A stretch of DNA of 30,161 nt from a bacterium (lineage in GTDB: Bacteria; RBG-13-61-14; DATKZS01): assembly GCA_046484135.1 (NCBI GenBank), contig JAWOBU010000053.1, forward strand, positions 1 to 30,161, written 5' to 3'. The translations under genes and the position numbers were made by a program. Numbering within the stretch: position 1 is the stretch's first letter; each line of letters starts with the position of its first letter. The notes below the pieces were generated by a model. It made no database searches. It saw only the letters and a list, made by a program, of their open reading frames with translations, and was not told the DNA's origin. Shown here one piece after another: positions 8,666 through 15,567 of this stretch.

Positions 8666-9178
8666 TTTCACGCAAAGGCGAAGACGCGAAGGGGAGAGAG
8701 AAGAAGATATTTTGAGCTTGCGGAGCAGAGGATTATCGCGACTGAAAGTCGCTCGCACGGGAGAGGGACTAAGCGCGACGGCGCTACGGAAGAGGGAAGA
8801 TTTATTGAGCTTAAAAAAATTGAGAGATATCGCGACTAAAGTCGCTCGCACAGGAGTCATCTTGCAAAAAGAATCGTTGCGGCGTAGCGTTTAGTGCCAG
8901 GCTGGAGCCTGGCGGTCCCGGGGCGTTGCGTTTAGAGGTTTCACGCAAAGGCGCGGAGACGCGAAGGGAAGAGAGGAAGAGATTTTGAGCTTACGGAACA
9001 GAGAGATATCGCGACTAAAGTCGCTCGCACAGGAGTCATCTTGCAAAAAGAATTGTTGCGGCGTAGCGTTTAGTGCCAGGCTGGAGCCTGGCGGTCCCGG
9101 GGCGTTGCGTTTAAAAAGGCTTTGTAATGTCTAAATTTCTGAAATCAAATATAAAAATCTTTGCGCCTTGGCGTGAGA
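8666..9178. repeat. Composite tandem repeat array built from three palindromic or periodic motifs, including a 113-bp direct repeat
   Basis: 8822-8934 and 9001-9113 are identical except for one C/T. Motif A TCACGCAAAGGCG..AGACGCGAAG occurs at 8668 and 8941, inverted at 9159-9178. Motif B ATCGCGACT(G)AAAGTCGCTCGCAC occurs at 8735, 8829 and 9008. Motif C GCCAGGCTGGAGCCTGGCGGTCC occurs at 8896 and 9075. Confidence 0.93.
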
Positions 9179-9426
9179 ACAGGCTTTCTTGTTGATCTAA
9201 AAGCCCGGTCAAAAATTGTCCGTCAGGGGGGACAAAATCCGCCCCAAGAGGGATCGAAATTGACCCTCTGTGATACAGTTTTTGACCCCCAAATTTTACA
9301 GGGTGTGAAGGCGACGTGATGGCTAAGTTACCGGAAACATGGAAGGTTGGTGTAAAAGGCGGTTCTTTTTTATTGGCGTGGCCGGATGGGGGCCGGAATT
9401 TGTACGGGGGGGGCTCTGGAGTGTTC

Positions 9427-10656
9427 TCACGATATCTTCCATCTTCCCGGCAGCAGTACCATGCCCCGGTCGGCAAGCTCGCCACCCACCACCCGGAACC
9501 GGAGCGCGCCCAGGACCTCCTCGACCAGCACGTGAGCGCCCGACCGGCCGCGGTAGATGTTCACCGAGAGCTCGTACTCGCCTTCCAGGAGGGTGTTGGT
9601 ATACACCATAAAGCGGGCGGTCCCCGAGTGGCCCGCGGGCACCGAGTCGGGCCGGTCGCCGGGGTCTTCTGCAGGATAGAGCTTTTGGTTCAGGTCGCTT
9701 GCGGTCTCGTTGTTCGCGCATACCGCGAGGATGCCGTCCGCCCGGAAGATGTTGACTCCGAAAAGCGGCTTTTGGATTTCCTGGCGTGCGTGGTAGTCGA
9801 ACTCGACGGTTACCGGCTCGCCCGCTTTTACAAGGTCGGTTTTATGATTGTCCGGGCCCATAAGCCGCACGGCGCTGATGGCCGCGTCCCCCGTGCCCCT
9901 GCGGTTTTCCAGGGATGTCTCGCCCGCTTCCGCTACTGCCTGCTCGTATATGCTGGTGAGGTAGTGGCTTACCACCTCGGGCGGCTCGCCAAAAGCGTGG
10001 ACCCGGTGGTCCTTCAACAGCGCCGCCTTGTCGCACAGGGCCCGGACCATGGTAAGGTCGTGGGACACTATAACTATGGTTGCGCCCGATTCCCTTATTG
10101 CCATGATCCGGTCCGTGCACTTTCCGCGGAACCATTCGTCGCCCACCGCCAGGGCTTCGTCAACCAGGAGCACCTGCGGGTCCACCGCGGTCGCGAGCGC
10201 GAACCCGAGCCGGAGGTACATGCCCGCGCTATAGGTCCGGACCGGCACGTCAATAAAGTCGCCCAGCTCGGAGAACTCGATGATTTTCTCTTCGTTTTGG
10301 CGGGCCTCCTCCCGCGACAGGCCCAGTATGGCTGAACCGATCCTTATGTTCTCCCTGCCGGTGAACTCGGGGTGGAAGCCGGAGTCCAGCTCGAGGAGCG
10401 CCGAGACTCTTCCCTCCACGTCAACGCTGCCGCTGGTGGGAGGGCTGATCCCCGCCATGACCCTGAGGAGGGTTGATTTGCCGGAGCCGTTCACACCCAC
10501 CACGCCCAGGCACTCGCCGGGGTTTACGGTGAGGTTGATGTCCTCGAGGGCGGTTATCGCGCGGTGCTGCTTTTTTCGGGTGATTTTCTCGGAGAGGAAG
10601 TGTCGGGGCCGGTCATACACCCGGTAGCGCTTGCTCACGTTATTAAGGCGTATCAT
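9427..10656 (-). CDS. Wzt/TagH-type polysaccharide ABC exporter ATP-binding subunit with a C-terminal carbohydrate-binding (Wzt_C-like) domain
   Basis: GVNGSGKST, ALLELDSGFHPEFTGRENI, TYSAGMYLRLGFA, LLVDEALAVGD and VSHD, followed by a ~160-aa beta-rich C-terminal extension. Confidence 0.92.
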   Translation of the reverse strand: MIRLNNVSKRYRVYDRPRHFLSEKITRKKQHRAITALEDINLTVNPGECLGVVGVNGSGKSTLLRVMAGISPPTSGSVDVEGRVSALLELDSGFHPEFTGRENIRIGSAILGLSREEARQNEEKIIEFSELGDFIDVPVRTYSAGMYLRLGFALATAVDPQVLLVDEALAVGDEWFRGKCTDRIMAIRESGATIVIVSHDLTMVRALCDKAALLKDHRVHAFGEPPEVVSHYLTSIYEQAVAEAGETSLENRRGTGDAAISAVRLMGPDNHKTDLVKAGEPVTVEFDYHARQEIQKPLFGVNIFRADGILAVCANNETASDLNQKLYPAEDPGDRPDSVPAGHSGTARFMVYTNTLLEGEYELSVNIYRGRSGAHVLVEEVLGALRFRVVGGELADRGMVLLPGRWKIS

Positions 10657-10718
10657 GGATTTTCACCATAGACCATTTAACTCAATGGTGCAACAGTTCA
10701 GGAGAGATCAGGGAAGTG

Positions 10719-11525
10719 TTAAGGGTTGGTATGGCTTCCCTGGTGCAGATTAGGCTCCGGGTTTTCCAGGGGCGCGTTGGGTGAAGGATGTTCCCGGACG
10801 TAAATGGGGAACTTGGCCCTTGCCTGATCCAGGGTTTGGGGCACTTGTCCTCCCTGGTGCGCCAGGTAGTCCTGGATTATGGGGAACTCCGCCGGCTCCA
10901 TGGTTATCTCCAGGAGCTTTTGACCGGTGTTCACGAGCACGCCCTGGCCGCGGGGATGGGGAAGTATCTTGCTGTCCTGGTAACGCGGATCGTTTCGGAC
11001 CACGGTGAGCAAAAGCTCGTTAGGAGTGTCCAGGTAAGCGGATTTCGTGAATTCGGCGGGATTGGTCCCGGCAAACTCGACCGGGAGGGGCTCGGTGGCG
11101 CTGGAGAGGACCTCGGGCCCCGTATAGGTGTCCGCCACGGAAGAGCGATGAGAAAGAGACTGGTCCGGCACCCGGTAGGCATCCACTCCTGCCAGTATAA
11201 CAGCCACCAGGAGCACCACTCCTGCCACACCGGTCATGATCCGCAAGGGAACAGCGTCCAGCGCATTTTCCAGCGACCAGCCGGCTTTTTTCCACCAGGA
11301 GGCCTCTTGTTTCTCTATCTTTTCTTGCAGTCGGAAAAGGAACCCTTCCGGGGCGGGGCACTCGGGCAGTTTTTTAAGGGATCGTTTTGTCAAGATCAGT
11401 TTATCGTGTTGGCTCCGGCAGGCGGGACATTGCGCAAGATGTTGTTTTATAACCACATATTCCGCCTCTCCCAGCTCGTGGTCCAGGTAAGCGGACATGT
11501 TATCCCGGATTTCTTTACATCCCAT
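10719..11525 (-). CDS. Zinc-finger (zf-HC2/ZAS) transmembrane anti-sigma factor
   Basis: N-terminal C...SAYLDHEL...HLAQCPAC (H-x3-C-x2-C), one hydrophobic segment (IMTGVAGVVLLVAVILAGV), and a position directly downstream of an ECF sigma gene. Confidence 0.9.
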   Translation of the reverse strand: MGCKEIRDNMSAYLDHELGEAEYVVIKQHLAQCPACRSQHDKLILTKRSLKKLPECPAPEGFLFRLQEKIEKQEASWWKKAGWSLENALDAVPLRIMTGVAGVVLLVAVILAGVDAYRVPDQSLSHRSSVADTYTGPEVLSSATEPLPVEFAGTNPAEFTKSAYLDTPNELLLTVVRNDPRYQDSKILPHPRGQGVLVNTGQKLLEITMEPAEFPIIQDYLAHQGGQVPQTLDQARAKFPIYVREHPSPNAPLENPEPNLHQGSHTNP

Positions 11526-11570
11526 TTCTAACCCCGCATCTGTAAGTTATTTTTTTCACTCTTACCTCTA

Positions 11571-11597
11571 TTGACAATGCTCTTTGCCAAAGGTTCC
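11571..11597 (-). promoter_or_regulatory. ECF-sigma-type promoter upstream of the anti-sigma gene
   Basis: Minus strand reads GGAACC-N16-GTCAA in the 101-bp gap between the sigma and anti-sigma genes, matching the GGAAC...GTC consensus of RpoE-like ECF promoters. Confidence 0.65.
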
Positions 11598-11626
11598 CGG
11601 AAATTTAACAAAACACCGCGTCCGCT

Positions 11627-12523
11627 CTAAAACTTCACCTTTTTCTCGAGCAGCGATTTGAGCTCGGACCTGCCGCGATGGATGCGGGACTTTACCGTGC
11701 CCACCTTGATCCCGAGCATTTCCGCGATCTCCTCGTACGGCACGTCCTCGATGTCCCGGAGCACTATCACCAGCCGGTGCTCAGGCTCCAGCCTGGAGAT
11801 GGCCTCCTGCACCAGGTCCTGAGTCTCCCGGCTGTCCAGCGCGCTTTCCGGGTCCGGGGACTCGTCCTCCACCTCGTGGTATAAGTCGCCGTCCTCGGTC
11901 TCCTGAGGCTGGTCCATCGAAACCGACTGGTAATAACGCCGCCGGCCCAGGAACTTGATCCGGTTCTTGCAATGGTTCACCGTGATCCGGAAAAGCCAGG
12001 TGGAAAAAAGCGAGTCGCCCCGGAACTTCGGCAAGGACTTGTGCACGGTCATGAAGACCTCTTGCGCCATGTCCTCAGCCTCGTCCGGGTCCCCCAAAAA
12101 GCGGTAACAAAGGTTGAAGGCCTTGTTTTGGTACTTCAAGACCAATCGGTTAAAAGCCTGGTCCTCCCCTTTTAAGAACCGATCAATAAGCTCCCGGTCC
12201 TCTTCCCCGGAGGTGGACGCCCATTCCCCGCCGGCAGCCTCTTCCTCGGAGTCATCCGCGCTTTCGGACTCTGCCGTATCAGCAGGGTCGGGCTCCTTTT
12301 CTTCCGGGGTTTTTTTGCTGTCCTCGCCGGCTCCCGCTTCCGGGCCGGCAGAGCGTTTTTCCTTATTCCTGTCTCTCCGGTTATAGAAGAGGAAATCCTC
12401 CCAGGAAGGACCCGCCGGCGCAGGGACCGGGAATGACCCGGCAAACACCCTGCCCGCGCCTTCCAAGAAATCAAGGAACTTCCTAAAAAAACCCCGGTAA
12501 TATGTAGCTTCGCCTTTCACCAC
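11627..12523 (-). CDS. ECF sigma-70 factor (RpoE/SigW-like) with an acidic N-terminal extension; start uncertain
   Basis: Region 2: AFNRLVLKYQ...AEDMAQEVF...FRGDSLFSTWLFRITVNHC. Region 4: LVIVLRDIEDVPYEEIAEMLGIKVGTVKSRIHRGR. Confidence 0.93.
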   Translation of the reverse strand: MVKGEATYYRGFFRKFLDFLEGAGRVFAGSFPVPAPAGPSWEDFLFYNRRDRNKEKRSAGPEAGAGEDSKKTPEEKEPDPADTAESESADDSEEEAAGGEWASTSGEEDRELIDRFLKGEDQAFNRLVLKYQNKAFNLCYRFLGDPDEAEDMAQEVFMTVHKSLPKFRGDSLFSTWLFRITVNHCKNRIKFLGRRRYYQSVSMDQPQETEDGDLYHEVEDESPDPESALDSRETQDLVQEAISRLEPEHRLVIVLRDIEDVPYEEIAEMLGIKVGTVKSRIHRGRSELKSLLEKKVKF

Positions 12524-12718
12524 GCACCCGGCCTTTGTTCTTCTCCTCCCGGCTGATAGTAGAGGATTTAATTAATTAAGGCAAGTAAAAGGGACCGCCG
12601 GTTCCGGAACAGACAATATCAGCGGCTTGGTCTCTCCTGCGTGCTCTGGAAGCTTATTGTTGTAAAGATCGTCGCGAGAGGCACTGCGTCTTTGCGTGAA
12701 ATAAAACCTGACCCTCTT

Positions 12719-14794
12719 TCACTTCACGTACCCCAAGGCCTTCAGGTCTTTTTTGAGCTGCCGGTCCTGTTCTTGCGGCTGGTAGGTCATGGAGTCGGGC
12801 GGCGGCAGGTAATTTATCATCCACTGGTAGAGCGGCAGGTTCTCGCTTTCGGGGACCTTCCAGAGGTTCTGTTTCTCATGGGGGTCTTCGGCAAGGTCAA
12901 AGAGCATTTTCTTTTCCGCGCCGGTCCTGGCGTCGTACTTGAGAATTATTTTTTTATCTCCATGTCGGGCAGCCAGTGACACCTTTACGCTTTCGGGGTC
13001 TCCTTCCATGGGGTGGAAATGCCGGTAAGAGAGGACCGAGGCCAGCTTCTTCCCGTCTTTTCCTTCATCCAAAATTTCTTGGAGAGTCCTTCCGTGCCAT
13101 GTCTCTGACGGCTCTATGCCGGCCAGGCCGGAGATTATCTTCGCGGTTTCCAGCGCCGAGACCGGCTTTCGGACCCGGAGCGACCGGGGGTTGCGGCCGT
13201 CATGGATGATAAGAGGCACATGGACCTCTTCCTGGAAAAGCGAGCTCCCGTGCCGGTAGTTGCCGTGCTCGCCGAAGGCCTCGCCGTGGTCGGAAACCAC
13301 TACGATGATGGTGTTCTTTAAAAGTCCCTGCTCTTTCATGAAGCCGACCAGGTCTTGGAACTGACGGTCCCAGTAGCGTATCTCGCCCTTATAGCGGGAG
13401 ACCACCAAGGGCACGGCCTCGGGATGGTCAATGAGCCATTGGTTGGAAAAGTCGCGGTTGTCGTACCGAAAAAACGAGTAGAGGGATTCGATCTTTTGAA
13501 AAAACCGGCCCGGGCTCTGGAAGAAGGTGTCCGGCGGAGGCGCAAGATAGGGGTAGTGGGGGTCCATGTAATGAAGATACAGAAAGAAGGTCTGCTCCCG
13601 GTGTTTTTCCATCCACTCCTTTGCCCGCAGGTTCAGTATCCTGCCGGAGTTCAGGTAATTGTGCTGGACCCGGCCCAGAGCGATGAACTGGTCAAACCCC
13701 CGCGCGAACCCGTAACGCGGATCAATTAAACGGTTACTCGAGACCCCGGCGGTCCGGTATCCCTTGCTCTTAAAATGCCCGGAGATGAGCTCCACTTTTT
13801 TGAACTCCATGTGCGCGTTGCTTATGTAACCGTGCTGGTGCGGGTACAGGCCGGTGAGTAAGCTGGCGGTGGACGGCACCGTCCAGGAGCTGGGCGCCAT
13901 GGTCTGTTCCATGACCACGCTCTTTTGCATAAACCTTGTCAAAAACGGCGCGGTCTCGGCATCCAAACGGTCGGCCCGGAAGGTGTCTACCATCACCACC
14001 AGCACGTTGGGACCCTGCAAGTCCCGTTCTCTTTCCAGGTCGGTAACAAAGACGAGGGGAGAGTCATTCGTCAGCGGGCCTTGCGGGAGAAGCCGTACCC
14101 GGAAGCTCTGCATGGAGGGGTTCAGCTTTTCCGCGGGTATGATGAACTCGTTCCAGGTTTCCGGATCGAGCGCAGGGGTTTTGTAAACCGGGTGAGTAAC
14201 GTTGCCGGAAACCAACGCCGAGACTTCCAGCCGAATGTTCTGCTTCTGAAGACCGGGCGCTCCCGCGGCAAAAGAGAGCGGCTCGCCCGGCTTCCGGTTA
14301 AGGTGAAAGGTCTTGGGCTTCCCCGCGGTCAAGGCGTGGGCCGCCCGGTTTTCACTGTTAATGGAGAGCTGGAAGCGGGGACGGTTTTTTTTCTTCTTCA
14401 GGGTCTCGAGAATTTCCTGCCGGCTCGAGCCGGTGTACTCGTAGGGCGGACCGCTCCGATAGTTCACGCTGTATAAGGTGGCAGCCGCGACAAGCACAGC
14501 GAAAAGGGGCAGACATACCTTCCACCACTTTTTCTTGCCCCGAAAAAAAGAAGCCGCGGCCACCGCGGCCACAAGCCCGCCTGCCATAGAACCGTAGAGT
14601 ATCCCCTCGTTGGCTATGGGCAGATCAAGGTAAAGCTCGATCCAGATGCTCAAGCCGCCCGCCGCCAGAAAGAATAAAACACCCCCGGATAAGAACACGG
14701 CTACGACCGCCAGGAGCTTGATTGTGAAACCGGTTAAACGCATTCTTCTATAAGCACTGACTAATAGAATAAACACCCCCTTCTTCCATATCAA
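12719..14794 (-). CDS. Membrane-anchored sulfatase-like (alkaline phosphatase superfamily) protein; start may be 14743
   Basis: PNVLVVMVDTFRADRL, SSWTVPSTASLLTGLYPHQHG, FLYLHYMDPHYPY, VVSDHGEAFGEHG and LFDLAEDPHE, with three N-terminal hydrophobic segments. Confidence 0.9.
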   Translation of the reverse strand: MIWKKGVFILLVSAYRRMRLTGFTIKLLAVVAVFLSGGVLFFLAAGGLSIWIELYLDLPIANEGILYGSMAGGLVAAVAAASFFRGKKKWWKVCLPLFAVLVAAATLYSVNYRSGPPYEYTGSSRQEILETLKKKKNRPRFQLSINSENRAAHALTAGKPKTFHLNRKPGEPLSFAAGAPGLQKQNIRLEVSALVSGNVTHPVYKTPALDPETWNEFIIPAEKLNPSMQSFRVRLLPQGPLTNDSPLVFVTDLERERDLQGPNVLVVMVDTFRADRLDAETAPFLTRFMQKSVVMEQTMAPSSWTVPSTASLLTGLYPHQHGYISNAHMEFKKVELISGHFKSKGYRTAGVSSNRLIDPRYGFARGFDQFIALGRVQHNYLNSGRILNLRAKEWMEKHREQTFFLYLHYMDPHYPYLAPPPDTFFQSPGRFFQKIESLYSFFRYDNRDFSNQWLIDHPEAVPLVVSRYKGEIRYWDRQFQDLVGFMKEQGLLKNTIIVVVSDHGEAFGEHGNYRHGSSLFQEEVHVPLIIHDGRNPRSLRVRKPVSALETAKIISGLAGIEPSETWHGRTLQEILDEGKDGKKLASVLSYRHFHPMEGDPESVKVSLAARHGDKKIILKYDARTGAEKKMLFDLAEDPHEKQNLWKVPESENLPLYQWMINYLPPPDSMTYQPQEQDRQLKKDLKALGYVK

Positions 14795-14896
14795 GTAAGA
14801 AAAGACGAGCGTTTACGTTTTGGACTGATTCGGCAGGTTGTTTTTTTATTATTACCGAAACATGATTTTATTAATTTTTCCTGTGGAGCAAAATAA

Positions 14897-14905
14897 TGCT
14901 ATACT
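14897..14905 (+). promoter_or_regulatory. Possible extended -10 promoter for the mvhD-glutamate synthase operon
   Basis: TG-C-TATACT preceded by an AT-rich tract in the divergent intergenic region. Confidence 0.45.
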
Positions 14906-15126
14906 TAGCGGTTGGCTTCCAGGAGAGAAGAACAGCAAAGCGTAGCTCGGGACCTTTCCGGCCCCTGGCAGCGACAGCAACGGACGCCGGCAGTATCCTG
15001 CTGTAGTAACCTACAGGAAGTATATATAGGCCCCCTCTGATATCCGCAAGGTTGTGGAATGCTTTTTCCGCCAGGCACTGTTTTGCGCTTTGCCGGCGAC
15101 AGAGAGGGGGTTGGGAAGGAGTACCT

Positions 15127-15552
15127 ATGAGTCCGGAGACAGAAGAAGGAAACTTTCATCCCCAGGTAATAGTGCTTTATTGCCAGGGCACGGCAACAGA
15201 AGAAGACTTTTCCGACTCCAGCCGACAGCTCGACGAGTGCACGGTGCGGACCATAGTCGTTCCCTGCTCGAGCAAGGTGGAGATAGGACTCCTGGTCAAG
15301 ATGCTCCACGAAGGCGTGGACGGAATAACGGTGGTGGGCTGCGAAAAAGGAGCGTGCCGTTTCAAGGTGGGAACCGCCAAGGCGACAGGCAAGGTGAACT
15401 ATGTAAGAAACATGCTCGAGCAGTTGGGGCTTGGCCTTGATCGGACAGCCATGGTCAGGGGAAGGTCGCTCTCTTTTGATGACCTGTTGGAGCTGGGCCG
15501 GGAAAGGGCCAAGGCAGTAAAAGAACTTGGTCCAAATCCCATGAAACCATAA
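15127..15552 (+). CDS. mvhD: MvhD/FlpD-family [2Fe-2S] electron-transfer subunit
   Basis: VIVLYC...VPCSSKVE...GVDGITVVGCEKGACRF..G...ELGPNP, with four Cys ligands. AAGGAG RBS precedes the ATG at 15127. Confidence 0.85.
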   Translation: MSPETEEGNFHPQVIVLYCQGTATEEDFSDSSRQLDECTVRTIVVPCSSKVEIGLLVKMLHEGVDGITVVGCEKGACRFKVGTAKATGKVNYVRNMLEQLGLGLDRTAMVRGRSLSFDDLLELGRERAKAVKELGPNPMKP

Positions 15553-15567
15553 ACCAGGTGATAGAAA

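Noticed and set aside
8204..8894. Small ORFs within the 8.2-8.9 kb region
   Set aside because: They translate palindromic repeats and have no clear RBS or protein motifs.
8666..9113. CRISPR array
   Set aside because: The intervening sequences are themselves repeated and unit lengths are irregular. There are no unique spacers and no cas genes in the window.
14930..14990. c-di-GMP-I or glnA (glutamine) riboswitch
   Set aside because: GCAAAGC and GACAGC fragments are present, but the GGCAAA/GNRA first hairpin and the glnA E-loop consensus could not be found.
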